Origin: Aureliella sp.
GTDB taxonomy: Bacteria; Planctomycetota; Planctomycetia; Pirellulales; Pirellulaceae
Reading direction: 5' to 3'
NCBI GenBank assembly: GCA_963691875.1
Contig: OY829846.1
Coordinates: 3,520,001 to 3,584,000 of the forward strand
Length of the DNA stretch: 64,000 nucleotides
The translations under genes were made by a program, and so were the position numbers. This document shows, piece after piece, positions 32,406 to 46,384 of the stretch (its first letter is position 1; each line of letters begins with the position of its first letter). The notes under the pieces were generated by a model, which was given only the letters and a program-made list of their open reading frames with translations, was not told where the DNA came from and did no database searches.

Positions 32406-32486
32406 GGGAGGTTGCCCGAGTGGTTAAAGGGGACGGACTGTAAATCCGTTACTTCGGTTTCGCAGGTTCGAATCCTGCACCTCCCA
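32406..32486 (+). tRNA. tRNA-Tyr(GTA)
   Basis: GGGAGGT/ACCTCCC acceptor stem, ACGGA-CTGTAAA-TCCGT anticodon arm, short variable arm, GTTCGAATC. Confidence 0.96.
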
Positions 32487-32627
32487 TTGGCGAACCTAAA
32501 CCAGATTGGCAAACTGTAGAGACAATTTGTCAAGCTATACGTTGCCTGGACATCATCGGATGGTCAGCAGCGGGCTCCAACCCGAAGTCGTTTTTCAAGC
32601 GTTTTCGGGGTCGGTCAAAATCGAGAA

Positions 32628-32698
32628 GCGGGTGTAGCTCAATGGTAGAGCAGCAGCCTTCCAAGCTGAATACGAGGGTTCGATTCCCTTCACCCGCT
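32628..32698 (+). tRNA. tRNA-Gly(TCC)
   Basis: GCGGGTG/CACCCGC acceptor stem, CAGC-CTTCCAA-GCTG anticodon arm, GTTCGATTC. Confidence 0.96.
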
Positions 32699-32706
32699 CT
32701 CCCCAA

Positions 32707-32778
<72 letters not shown>

Positions 32779-32947
32779 CTAGGTTGACTAGGCACGGATA
32801 TTGCACAGACTAGTGCCCGCCCTAGAAGGCAGCCTAGCCAAAGTGCCAATATGGCAAAAGGTTTGTTTCAGTCGATCCAGTAACCCCAAGTGTGGTGTGA
32901 TCACCCACATTATTTTGATCTTCAGTTTTGATCTTAGGTAGCGAACA

Positions 32948-34138
<1,191 letters not shown>

Positions 34139-34205
34139 TCCTCGATCGTCATAGTCGGGCTTTTTCACGCCTGACTATGATGCTTAGTGAGGAGAAAAGA
34201 GACAT

Positions 34206-34240
34206 GGCTGTCGTAGGTATTTTTACGGCAGCCTGTTTTT
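34206..34240 (+). terminator. Terminator-like hairpin after tuf
   Basis: GGCTGTCGTA...TACGGCAGCC followed by TGTTTTT; another hairpin at 34150-34179 (CATAGTCGGGC/GCCTGACTATG). Confidence 0.55.
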
Positions 34241-34291
34241 CCTTAGCCCTGCGTTTTCGGCTTTTTTAGATGGCCTAAATGTGGGATACTC

Positions 34292-34364
34292 AGGGGTGTA
34301 GCTCAATTGGCAGAGCACTGGTTTCCAAAACCAGCGGTTGCGGGTTCAAGTCCCTCCGCCCCTG
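34292..34364 (+). tRNA. tRNA-Trp(CCA)
   Basis: AGGGGTG/CGCCCCT acceptor stem, CTGGT-TTCCAAA-ACCAG anticodon arm; canonical location before secE. Confidence 0.95.
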
Positions 34365-34428
34365 CTTTGCACGATACATGACCTGCTCCGCTTAAAGAGC
34401 AATCACCTGGACTAGCAAAAAAGACAAC

Positions 34429-34887
34429 ATGTCCAAAGATAGTGCCATCACCTCCCGACCCTTGATGCAAGAGATGTTTGCATCCGGGCTGTACAAGCCA
34501 AATCAGGGCCGCATGGTCCGCCAGATTACTTGCTTGGTGATTTGGCTGATTGTGGCGGTTGCAGCCTGGCGTTTCCATTCGCTCTTCATCGGTCCATGGT
34601 TTGTAAAGGCCATGGCGGAGAACGGGATTGTTCCTGGTTACATTAGTGCTGTGGTGTTGGGCGTGCTAGGCATTTGGTTCGGATACCGTCTCGTGAACTG
34701 GCCGAAGTTCGCAGACTTCCTGATATCTGTAGAAGCTGAGTTAAACAAGGTTTCGTGGCCCACGCAAAAGGAGTTAGTTAGAGCTTCCTTGGTGGTGATT
34801 TTCACAATCCTGTTTTTGTCGGCGATACTTTTTGGATACGATGCATTTTGGAGTTGGTTGTTCGGACTTTTAGGGGTCGGACGATAA
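34429..34887 (+). CDS. secE: Preprotein translocase subunit SecE (3-TM type)
   Basis: YKPNQGR N-terminus, FLISVEAELNKVSWP motif, position between tRNA-Trp and nusG. Confidence 0.95.
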   Translation: MSKDSAITSRPLMQEMFASGLYKPNQGRMVRQITCLVIWLIVAVAAWRFHSLFIGPWFVKAMAENGIVPGYISAVVLGVLGIWFGYRLVNWPKFADFLISVEAELNKVSWPTQKELVRASLVVIFTILFLSAILFGYDAFWSWLFGLLGVGR

Positions 34888-35002
34888 CTTCCCAAGGCCC
34901 TCGTGAGCGTTCGCGAGGCACAAAGAATAAGTTTCTTCCTTGCCAGGAGGTGGCAGCGGTGACATGCACCGCGATCGTTTGTACTGGCGTGGGGATTTAG
35001 GC

Positions 35003-35596
35003 GTGAGTGAAACAGAAGAACAGTCAGATTCGCCAACCGATGGTGTCTCGTCCGATATGGACTGGTACATCATCAAAGTTGCATTCAATCGTGAGGATAG
35101 CATTCGCGATTCCTTGCTGAAGCGAATCAAGCTGGCCGGCCTCGAAGGCCACTTTGGTGAGATTCTTGTCCCTACCGAAGATGTTGTCACGTTCACTCGC
35201 AACGGTAATCGCCGCGTTGTCAAACGCAAACTCTATCCGGGTTACATCATGGCCTACATGGCCATCAATGATGACTCCTGGTTCTTGGTTAGGGAGACCC
35301 CCGGCGTCGGTGACTTCACTGGCTCCGGTGGCAAGCCTACTCCGATGGATCCACACGATGTGGAGAAAATCGTGAAGAAGGACGAGCCTGACGAAGACGA
35401 AGGAGAAGCCGCCATCAAGACCTCGATCCCACACAAGCTGGGTGATCGAGTTCGTGTGAAGGAAGGCAATTTCCAGAACCTGGAAGGCGAAGTGGAAAAG
35501 ATCGACGAAGCTAATGGTCGCGTCACTGTGATCATCACCATCTTCGGTCGTAGTACACCTGTGGAATTAGATCACTGGCAAATCGAAGAGCTTTAA
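35003..35596 (+). CDS. nusG: Transcription termination/antitermination factor NusG
   Basis: WYIIKV, LYPGYI, VRETPGV, KOW domain and IFGRSTPVEL; start GTG 35003 after GGGGA. Confidence 0.96.
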   Translation: MSETEEQSDSPTDGVSSDMDWYIIKVAFNREDSIRDSLLKRIKLAGLEGHFGEILVPTEDVVTFTRNGNRRVVKRKLYPGYIMAYMAINDDSWFLVRETPGVGDFTGSGGKPTPMDPHDVEKIVKKDEPDEDEGEAAIKTSIPHKLGDRVRVKEGNFQNLEGEVEKIDEANGRVTVIITIFGRSTPVELDHWQIEEL

Positions 35597-35738
35597 AAAG
35601 CATTCGCAAGTCAGAACTGAACGCCACGACATTACCGAAGCTTTGAATCAACTGATTGATCTCCAAAGCAGAACTCGAAAAACAATATTGTTATAGACCC
35701 GTTTGTCGTTTCATCGCGACAGACAACTGGAGTTTTAG

Positions 35739-36164
35739 ATGGCGAAACAACTTGTTGGACAAGCCAAATTCCAAGTGCCCGGCGGGCAGGCGACGCCTGC
35801 TCCGCCTGTGGGTACATCGCTTGGTAAGTTTGGCGTAAACCTTGGGCAGTTTGTCTCCCAGTTCAACGAAAAGACAAGGGAATACAACGGTACGCCGATT
35901 CCTGTCATCGTTTCCGTTTACTCGGACCGAACCTTCGACTTTGTCACCAAGAGCCCTCCGGCCGCTTCCTTACTTAAGGCTGCTGCTGGTATCGCAAGTG
36001 GTTCGGGTGAGCCAAACAAGAAGAAGGTTGGCAAAGTAACGCGTGAGCAGATCCGCGAGATCTGTGACAAGAAGATGGCTGACCTAAATGCTCGCGATAT
36101 GGAGCATGCCGAACGCATGATCGAAGGCACGGCACGTAGCATGGGCTTGGAGATTGAGGGATAA
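35739..36164 (+). CDS. rplK: 50S ribosomal protein L11
   Basis: [14 protein letters not shown] and GTARSMG motifs. Confidence 0.98.
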   Translation: MAKQLVGQAKFQVPGGQATPAPPVGTSLGKFGVNLGQFVSQFNEKTREYNGTPIPVIVSVYSDRTFDFVTKSPPAASLLKAAAGIASGSGEPNKKKVGKVTREQIREICDKKMADLNARDMEHAERMIEGTARSMGLEIEG

Positions 36165-36169
36165 TCGGC

Positions 36170-36853
36170 ATGGCTAGAGTAACCAAAGCAATGAAGGCGA
36201 TGGCCGAGAAACTTTCCTCAGTGAAAGCCCCTCAGCCACTCCCCACCGCCGTCGAACTCCTGAAGAGTTTTCCGGCGAGAAAGTTTGATCAAAGTGTCGA
36301 GATCCACATGAATCTGGGTATCGATCCTGCACAAGCCGACCAAATCGTTCGCGGTTCCGTCGTGCTTCCTCACGGTATTGGCAAGACGCAGCGTATCGTT
36401 GTGTTCGCGAAAGGTGACTTGGCCAAGGCGGCCGAGGAAGCTGGTGCGGATGCCGTCGGCCAAGATGACTTGCAAAAGAAGATCAAAGACGGCTGGACCG
36501 ACTTTGATGTGTGCATCGCAACGCCTGACATGATGGGTATGGTCGGACCACTCGGTAAGGTTCTCGGCCCGCGTGGCCTGATGCCTTCTCCGCGAGCCGG
36601 CACGGTTACGATGGACGTCGCTAAGGTCATCAAGGAATATAAGGCTGGTAAAGTCGAGTTCCGAAACGACAAGGGTGCAAACCTGCACGCCATCGTCGGT
36701 AAGCTCAGCTTCGACAACCAAAAGCTACAAGAAAACATCGAAGCTTTCCTTGAGTATGTGAACAGCCTCAAGCCTCAGAATGTCAAAGGTACGTACGTGA
36801 AGAGCGTGGCCCTCTGTGCCACGATGTCGCCAAGCGTTCGCGTTGCCGCTTAA
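36170..36853 (+). CDS. rplA: 50S ribosomal protein L1
   Basis: [19 protein letters not shown] and [10 protein letters not shown] motifs. Confidence 0.98.
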   Translation: MARVTKAMKAMAEKLSSVKAPQPLPTAVELLKSFPARKFDQSVEIHMNLGIDPAQADQIVRGSVVLPHGIGKTQRIVVFAKGDLAKAAEEAGADAVGQDDLQKKIKDGWTDFDVCIATPDMMGMVGPLGKVLGPRGLMPSPRAGTVTMDVAKVIKEYKAGKVEFRNDKGANLHAIVGKLSFDNQKLQENIEAFLEYVNSLKPQNVKGTYVKSVALCATMSPSVRVAA

Positions 36854-36912
36854 TCAATAGGCTGCAACTGGAACCCAAGCGACCTCAAACGCACCAATGA
36901 AATGAGATAGTT

Positions 36913-37446
36913 ATGAGTAAATACGTTAAAAACCTACTTGCCGAGGACATCAAGAGCCGGCTCGAAGGCGTTGAAGATGCCATCATCGCCGACGTCATCG
37001 CGATGGACTCGGATGCGTCCTTCCGAATCCGGAAACATTTCCGGGAGAAGGGCATTAGCATGCTCGTGGTGAAGCGAAGTATCGCGAATCGAGCATCGGA
37101 AGAAACCAAACTACGACCACTTTTCGAGCAGAAGCAAGGTTCGATTGCAGTCATTTGGGGCTGTGAAGACTTTGTCAGTCTCGCGAAAGAAGTCGCTGCT
37201 GTCTGCAAAGATGAAGATGGATTTCCCAACTTCGTCCTGAAGGGCGGTGTGATGGACGGTGACGGAATGGACGCCGCCAAAGTGATGGAAGTCAGCAAGT
37301 GGCCAAACCGCCAAGAACAGATCGCCATGCTGGTCGGTCAGATTCTCGGCCCTGGTTCACAGCTTGCTGCTCAGATCAAGGGACCTGGCTCCAAGCTGGC
37401 TAGCCAAGTGAAGAAGTTGATCGAGAATAAGGAGGGCGAAGCATAA
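36913..37446 (+). CDS. rplJ: 50S ribosomal protein L10
   Basis: Position between rplA and rplL; LKGGVMDG...WPNRQEQIAML. Confidence 0.93.
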   Translation: MSKYVKNLLAEDIKSRLEGVEDAIIADVIAMDSDASFRIRKHFREKGISMLVVKRSIANRASEETKLRPLFEQKQGSIAVIWGCEDFVSLAKEVAAVCKDEDGFPNFVLKGGVMDGDGMDAAKVMEVSKWPNRQEQIAMLVGQILGPGSQLAAQIKGPGSKLASQVKKLIENKEGEA

Positions 37447-37574
37447 CGCAGAACTTTCTGGATCAGTGCCTCGGGGACAAGAAGATCTGACACTGATCGC
37501 ATCAACTGATTTACGTTGAACACTTTTCAAAATAAAACACACAAATACAACTAATTTAGATAAAGGTATTTTCC

Positions 37575-37979
37575 ATGTCCGAAGAAACAGCAACTGCAGT
37601 TGCAGACGACATCAAGGCACTTGGCGACTCCATCGTTGGCTTGACACTGAAGCAGGCGAAAGAGCTCAGCGACTATCTGAAAGACGAGTATGACATCGAA
37701 GCTGCGGCGGGTGGCGCTGTCGTGATGGCTGGTCCAGCTGATGGTGGTGGAGAAGCAGCTGCCGAGCAAACTGAGTTCGACGTTGTCATGAGCAGCTTTG
37801 GCGACGCCAAGCTGAACGTGGTCAAGGTTGTGAAGAACTTGACTGGCGCTTCTCTGATGGAAGCCAAGAAGTTGGTCGAAGGCGTTCCTGCTACGATCAA
37901 GGAAAAGGTTTCGAAGGAAGACGCCGACAAGCTGAAGGCCGAACTGGAAGAAGCTGGCGCAACCGTAGAACTCAAGTAG
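37575..37979 (+). CDS. rplL: 50S ribosomal protein L7/L12
   Basis: [24 protein letters not shown] and [11 protein letters not shown] motifs. Confidence 0.98.
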   Translation: MSEETATAVADDIKALGDSIVGLTLKQAKELSDYLKDEYDIEAAAGGAVVMAGPADGGGEAAAEQTEFDVVMSSFGDAKLNVVKVVKNLTGASLMEAKKLVEGVPATIKEKVSKEDADKLKAELEEAGATVELK

Positions 37980-38023
37980 TTCGCTGTAACTGACCAACGT
38001 CAGCCATATCGCCAAAACAAAAT

Positions 38024-38067
38024 AAAAAGCCAGGCGAGGAATATCGATTCCTCGCCTGGCTTTTTTT
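38024..38067 (+). terminator. Strong bidirectional intrinsic terminator after rplL
   Basis: AAAAAGCCAGGCGAGGAAT-ATCG-ATTCCTCGCCTGGCTTTTTTT. Confidence 0.9.
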
Positions 38068-38273
38068 GCTGGAGCCCTAGCTTCAGCCGACGGAAGTTCG
38101 ACATCGAACTTTCCCCGTTTTTCATGACCGCAGCAATAGATGGACTACACTCTACGGCGCGCCGGCGCGTCGTGCTTGTATTCGATGACGCGAAAAACCC
38201 GCTTCTCCAACATCGCTCTGTTATGCTCGGCAGCTCGTAAAGGTTCCATGCTGACGTCTTAGACGCCTTAGTA

Positions 38274-39998
38274 TTGCCCCGCCTACCGGCCCAGCTTCCC
38301 CAAACGCTGCCCCAATGCTCGGGAACACATTCGTGTTCTCAAAGGATAAGCCTTATCTTGTATCGGTTCCTACCTTGCGTTGTTGCGATTGCTGCATCCA
38401 ATATTTTTTCCGCACATTTGTGGGCGCAAGACGACATACAACGTGCGGGTGCTGTGCAAGACGTCGTAATGAAACCCATCGATCTGGAAGCTGCTGCTAC
38501 CTGCATGGAAATGTCGGAAGACGGAAAGTTTCTAGCGATTGGGCACGAAAACGACAACTTGGTGACCGTCTACGACGTAGCCGCCGGAGTCGTCTCAGCG
38601 GAAATTGAATGCCCTGCGCCTCGGAACGTCTTGTGGCGCCGGAATGAAATCATTACTGCTAGCCGCAATGAAGGCGTTATCCGCTTCTTTACCTGCCGCA
38701 ACGGAGATTGGCGGCAGTCGCGAGAATGGCGCGTTCCGAAGGCGGGGGTTGTGCATATATCAACCGCAGGTGGAAAGCACTTTAAGAAGCAACTGTTTGT
38801 AACATGCCATGGTGCAGGCTCACAAGCCTCTTATCAGGACAGTCAGGTTTATGTGACGAACGCCGCAGGTAAGTTTGTGCCAATTTCGAAGTGTGCGCTG
38901 GGAACAACGAGCTATGACGGAAAGCTCTTCATTAACCATGAGTCTTTCAATTTAAGCAGTGGCGGCAGGGTAACTGGGTACTTGACCCAAGAGTTCATCC
39001 GCATGGGCGATCGGGAGTCACGCCGGATTCTGACAGGGAACGCCCAGAGCAACACTCACCTGTAACAGATTTCCGCAAGCGGATACTGGTTCGGTCGCGA
39101 CGCAGTCCTCGGCGGTACCCCCTTAACGCGACTGCCTGGAGACTGGGGAAATCTGATTCTTGCAGATCGGACTCAGAAACTGATATACGTCGTTTCCGAT
39201 TCTGTTATCACCTGCCGAAAACTTTCTACATCAGAAATTGACGTCCGCCGACTAGTGGTTCCCGAGGACTATCAAGGCCTTGAAAAGTTGCGGCATGGCT
39301 GGGCACACAGACGCAACTATCTGCTCGACCACCCTGAGGCGGCGACGATCGGAGGCAAGACTTACTTGTTTATCCGAGCAGCCGAGGGGGCGTTATATTA
39401 GCCGCTAAGGTCCCAGCGTTTGGCGAGCAACCTTCCTCGTCCGAACCCAAGAAAGATGAAATGGGAGTCCCCAAGCTGGACACACGACCCACGACCCACG
39501 ACGCAACTTGCTCCTTTGGGAACGGCCGCGAATGCAAAGCCGAGGACGTGGAGAAACCAAACAGGAAACTTCTCGGTGGTTGCAACTTTGATAGGTCCTG
39601 ATGGCGACAAAGTGGTGCTGAAACGAGCGGACAATGATGCTGAAATTAGAGTTGCCGTTTCATCTCTCAGTTCGACAGACGTCAGCTACTTGGAACGCCA
39701 ACAGAGGCTAGCCCCACGCGTACCGCGCACGGAACCTATGGCCGAACCAAACGGCACTGAGGTCAAGAAAAAATGGCCGGCGCTTCCTGAATTCGCCGCC
39801 AAGCCGAGAATTTGGACCAGCAAGTCAGGCTTCACTGTCAAAGCGACATTGATTGAACCAGCAGGTGACAGCATCAGAATGCGTCGCGAGGATAACGGAG
39901 AAGAAATCACCGTGCCGGTCTCAACTTTGTCGGAAGAAGATATCGAATTTCTAAAGCGACTTGATCGCGCGGAGGGCAGGGAGCCCAACGGCCTGTGA
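38274..39998 (+). pseudogene. Interrupted exported protein: beta-propeller-like N-terminus plus two SHD1 domains
   Basis: ORFs 38274-39065 and 39420-39998 are in the same frame. Protein-like sequence continues past TAA 39063 (QISASGYWFGRDAVLGG...KTYLFIR) to TAG 39399. The C-terminal part has two SHD1 repeats (RTW...G-F-V-ATLI...V-VSSLS-D-YL). Confidence 0.7.
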
Positions 39999-40104
39999 AC
40001 CACGCCCTATTCGCTGGCCATCTTGAGTTTTGACTGAAAACGTTTGACACCAAGCCGTTTCAGGAGGAGCTACAACAACTGATAGCCCAGACTCGACTAC
40101 ATCG

Positions 40105-40572
40105 CTAAAACATCTTTTCGAGCACTTTGTAGTGCGGGTCGATGAAACCGTTATTGTGGTAAACGCTCTGAGCTCGAGTGTTGTCGTTCTCAACATAAAG
40201 TCTTAGGCCACGGACGTCCGGATTCTTCTTCAGCTCCTCAGTGGCATGCTGAAGCAGCAGCGTAAAAATGCCGTTTCCGCGGTGATGTTGATCCACATAA
40301 ACGCTTTGAATCCAAGCCATCCAGCCGTCGCGCCAGTCGCTCCATTCTCGAGTAAGCATCAAAGATGCTATCGCCGCGTTGGCCTCATCGCCTTTTGTTA
40401 CAGCGACAAAATAAACGGCTTCTTCACCTTGCTGTAAAGCTCGTGTGACGCCCCGCGTGACAAGCTCGCGGTCCAACTGTTTGTCTTCCGTCTCAGCAGC
40501 GATGCCGCAATTGAAATCTACGAGAGCTGGGATATCTTCTTCGGTCGCTTGTCGGACACTATAGGTAGGCAT
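40105..40572 (-). CDS. GNAT family N-acetyltransferase
   Basis: WIQSVYVDQHHRGNGIF, LRLYVENDN-RAQSVY---GF. Confidence 0.92.
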   Translation of the reverse strand: MPTYSVRQATEEDIPALVDFNCGIAAETEDKQLDRELVTRGVTRALQQGEEAVYFVAVTKGDEANAAIASLMLTREWSDWRDGWMAWIQSVYVDQHHRGNGIFTLLLQHATEELKKNPDVRGLRLYVENDNTRAQSVYHNNGFIDPHYKVLEKMF

Positions 40573-40951
40573 GACTTCAGCTTATGGACGGACGAAACGG
40601 TATTCGGATAAGTGGTGAACTGAATCAACGAACTCCCGACGATATACTCAGTCCAACAGAACCGCAACCAGTGCATCAGCCATCAAGTCGCTGTGGGATT
40701 TGTTGGCCAAATCCGCTAAGCGAGAGTTAAGCCACGCTGCATTGATGTTTCAGCGGAGCACGTCGCTGCTAGATGAGGTCGGCGACTTGCTGGATCCAGC
40801 CGTCCTGATTATTTTGATCGACGAGACCCAAAATCTATGAGAGCTTACCAACAATTCCATTGCCTAGTTCTCTGATCTGCTGAAGGAGGCGATGCCAAGC
40901 CGTCACAGCTTCGCAGAGAGCTCCTCGGTGATGCCTCCAATCTGAGTCAGA

Positions 40952-41650
40952 TCATCCTGAAGGCCCTAAGGTCGAAGCAATTTCAGCCATGAATACCAAG
41001 ATGTCCGGCTGCGTCTCATCCGCCACTTTAATGACTCGCAGTCCATGAGCTCGAGCCACTGGACTAACCCGTGGCCGCTGGCGGCAATACGGCTGGATGG
41101 CGCTGACGCGCTCGCGGTTTTCAGAGTGAGGAACTGCTTCCGCGACTGTCCGTGTTCTTTTTTTTAAAGACTCGAAAGCGGCAACCTCATGACCTTCGGG
41201 CTCTTCCCTAACGCCACGCAACTCGTCGAGATCGTCAGGCTGGGCTATCCAATTTCGATTGCAAGCTCGAGGACTTGTCAACAGCATCAACCGCGATTCC
41301 TAACGCAGCATCTCCTTCTGTTTTAAGCGCATCAATTTGCTTTATCTTCTCGCCGAGCCGCTCTTCGAGAGCGTCTGCAAACTGCTCACGCTCTTCATGA
41401 AAACGAGTCAGATGAGACTGAAATTTTTTCACTCATAGATTGAACGCGCTGTGCCTTATTCTCTGCCTTATTCTCTGCCTTGTTGAGTTGTGATTGGAGT
41501 TGAGCGTTTTCCTCAATCAGTGCCTCCAGGCGTGCTTGTGTATGCGAGTCGGTTTTTGCGTCTTACTCAGCGTGGACTGCAGCTTACCAAACTTGGCTTC
41601 AAGCTATTTACGTAGCTGCTTTCGCTCTTTTTGCGTCGCAAAAGCTGTTC
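40952..41650 (-). pseudogene. Decayed coiled-coil protein gene (several frameshifts and stops)
   Basis: Consecutive helical fragments in different frames: QKERKQLRK*LEAKFGKLQ / ARLEALIEENAQLQSQLNKAENKAENKAQ / KFQSHLTRFHEEREQFADALEERLGEK. Confidence 0.45.
41452..41481. repeat. 12-bp tandem repeat (TGCCTTATTCTC x2.5)
   Basis: Read directly; encodes KAENKAENKA on the minus strand. Confidence 0.8.
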
Positions 41651-42079
41651 AAAATCTGCAGAACATTTACGAGCAATTCTCTCATCCCGACTGCGATAGC
41701 TCTAAAAATCGTTCTGTCGCTCGATAGTCACTAGCAATGCCAACTCGCACCGAGACATTTCCTGCCGTCGTTACGATCATCAGAACTCTACCAAAAGCGA
41801 GGAATCACGCTTCAATGCAAACATTGACCCATGTTGCGACGCACGCACGGATCGGTTTGAACTTGTCTTCACTAGCTTTGTTTGGCTTTTAAAAAGTGAG
41901 GACAGGGTTCTCGCTAGCAAACTAAGACGGTGAAGAGCGACTGATTCTGGCCAGATTCAGGCTGTCACGATCGACAACAGCGCCCATGCATCGACTGCAT
42001 GGCTGGTATCCGAGCCTTGCATTGGTGATTTAGAAGATTCGGTTTCATACTTCTGCAGTTGAAGAGTGAAAACAGCTGA

Positions 42080-44518
<2,439 letters not shown>

Positions 44519-44548
44519 GCTAACAAACGAGAGATTTCGAAAAGAATC

Positions 44549-44584
44549 AAAACTCGCTTCGAGGATTTTCTCGGAGCGAGTTTT
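44549..44584. terminator. Bidirectional terminator between katG and mntR
   Basis: AAAACTCGCTTCGAG...CTCGGAGCGAGTTTT. Confidence 0.75.
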
Positions 44585-44598
44585 CTTTGGTCGCTTAC

Positions 44599-45015
44599 TT
44601 AACCCTCATCCTTTTCCATGAAGGCTTGCATGGCTTTGAGGGTTTCTTGACTGACATGATGCTCGAGGCCTTCGCTATCAGTTTGTGCCGTTTTCTCGCT
44701 GACACCCAACGCGAGAAGAAACCGGTACACGATCTCGTGTCGCGCTTTCGCTGCCTTTGCCACCCGCTGCCCCTTAGCTGTGAGCGCAACTGGCCCGTAA
44801 GGCTCTGTCGTGGCATAACCGTCTCGCACTAGCCGACCGATTGCCTTGCTGACGGTGACATGGCTGACACCGAAGTGCCGAGATAAATCCACGGCGCGGC
44901 ACTGGCCACTGCTTTCAGCAATCTCAGCAATTGCCTCCACGTAGTCTTCCGCGAGTTCCGTTGCGTGATCCGAACGGATTCTAGAGTGAGTTCCAGAAGC
45001 ACTAGAGCTGCTCAA
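44599..45015 (-). CDS. mntR: Manganese-binding transcriptional regulator, DtxR/MntR family
   Basis: AEDYVEAI, HTH (FGVSHVTVSKAI), LTAKG and RHEIV...EGLEHHVS metal ligands; short form without a FeoA domain. Confidence 0.92.
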   Translation of the reverse strand: MSSSSASGTHSRIRSDHATELAEDYVEAIAEIAESSGQCRAVDLSRHFGVSHVTVSKAIGRLVRDGYATTEPYGPVALTAKGQRVAKAAKARHEIVYRFLLALGVSEKTAQTDSEGLEHHVSQETLKAMQAFMEKDEG

Positions 45016-45177
45016 GGGACCTGATTCCTCCCAAGTAATTCCTTCGTCTCGACCATCATAGCGACTCGTTCCCAGATTGTCGCTCCGGCCGTTTGCCTTC
45101 CCTCTAGTGAGTGCTCAAGTCTCCCAAGGCGCACGCACAGACGGTTACTCCTAACTGCGAAAAAACGGCCTTTACCG

Positions 45178-45224
45178 AAATGTAGCCGATGCTAGAATTT
45201 CAAAATACAGCCCAGGCTAAATTT
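45178..45224. promoter_or_regulatory. Two tandem MntR-type operator boxes overlapping a sigma70-like promoter
   Basis: AAATGTAGC-CGAT-GCTAGAATT (45178-45199) and AAATACAGC-CCAG-GCTAAATTT (45203-45224), resembling the enterobacterial MntR box AAACATAGC-N4-GCTATGTTT; TTTACC-N16-TAGAAT lies across box 1. Confidence 0.75.
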
Positions 45225-45267
45225 CAAAGCTCGGGACAAAATCCGATTTGAAGCATCGAAATTCCGA

Positions 45268-46344
45268 ATGAATAACCGTACGCAGAATGGTTTCACATTG
45301 GTGGAACTGCTGGTCGTGATAACCATTATCGGCATCCTTGTCGGACTCTTGTTGCCGGCTGTGCAGGCTGCTCGAGAATCTGCCAGACGCATGCAGTGCA
45401 GCAACAATCTCAAGCAACTTGGGCTTGCGATTCACAATTACGCATCGGCGCACCGAGTTTTTCCATCTGGCTATGTAAGTTACACAACGAGTACTGGTGC
45501 GGCCCCGCCTTGGGCGAATATCGATCCAGTCACCTGGGATGCTGCTCCAGGCTGGGGCTGGGCAGCTTTGATCCTGCCACAGCTCGAGCAGAGCACGATT
45601 TCCAACGGGCTGAACTTTGAGCGTGCGATCTGGAATCCGGTCAATGCAGAGCTGGTGCAAGCACAGCTCTCCGTCTTCCAATGCCCCTCGGTCAGTGGCG
45701 ATCAGGAGCCTTTCGAAGTGTTAGACGAAACAGGTAGCCCGCTGCAGATCGGCGGACGCACTATCACACTCGGACGCAGCAATTATGTCGCAAGCCATGG
45801 GCAGGAGTCTTGCTGGGGTGAGTGTGGCTCTTCCACGACAGGTGTCGTCTTTACCAATATCTACACGAGCGAAACAAAAACCGTGAGGATAGATGGTGAT
45901 GCTAGTCGCGTGGCCGATGGTCCGTTCTACCGCAATTCAAAGGTTCGGTTTCGCGATGTAACGGACGGAACAACCAACACCATTTTTCTGGGCGAACACT
46001 CATCGCGGCTGAGTGAAAAGACTTGGGTTGGCGTCATACCTGGTGCCTTCACGCATCCACGGTTTCGCACTCCTGAGAACGGTCCCGACGCCGCTGCCAC
46101 TTTGACTCTGGTGCACGCTGGACCCTCTGGCGGAGAACTCGATATTACAGGTGCTCCGATCATTCATCCCGTCAACTTTCCGACCTACCACGTCGGACAG
46201 ATGTTTTCTGAACACCCAGGTGGTGGTCAGGTTTGCTTTGGCGACGGCAGTGTGCGTTTCATCGCAGAGACTGTCGATCTGTACATCTGGGCCGAGCTTT
46301 GCAGTATGGGCGAAGGTGAAGTCGTTAGTCACGAAGACTTTTAA
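45268..46344 (+). CDS. DUF1559 family prepilin-type N-terminal protein
   Basis: GFTLVELLVVITIIGILVGLLLPAVQAARESARRMQCSNNLKQLGLA, DVTDGTTNTIFLGE and SEHPGGGQVCFGDGSVRF (H-X9-DG). Confidence 0.95.
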   Translation: MNNRTQNGFTLVELLVVITIIGILVGLLLPAVQAARESARRMQCSNNLKQLGLAIHNYASAHRVFPSGYVSYTTSTGAAPPWANIDPVTWDAAPGWGWAALILPQLEQSTISNGLNFERAIWNPVNAELVQAQLSVFQCPSVSGDQEPFEVLDETGSPLQIGGRTITLGRSNYVASHGQESCWGECGSSTTGVVFTNIYTSETKTVRIDGDASRVADGPFYRNSKVRFRDVTDGTTNTIFLGEHSSRLSEKTWVGVIPGAFTHPRFRTPENGPDAAATLTLVHAGPSGGELDITGAPIIHPVNFPTYHVGQMFSEHPGGGQVCFGDGSVRFIAETVDLYIWAELCSMGEGEVVSHEDF

Positions 46345-46384
46345 TTCGTTTCATTAACGGACAACAAGAAGCGCCAAGTTGCAA

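Noticed and set aside
37551..38015. 154-aa ORF antisense to rplL
   Set aside because: Antisense shadow of a ribosomal protein gene.
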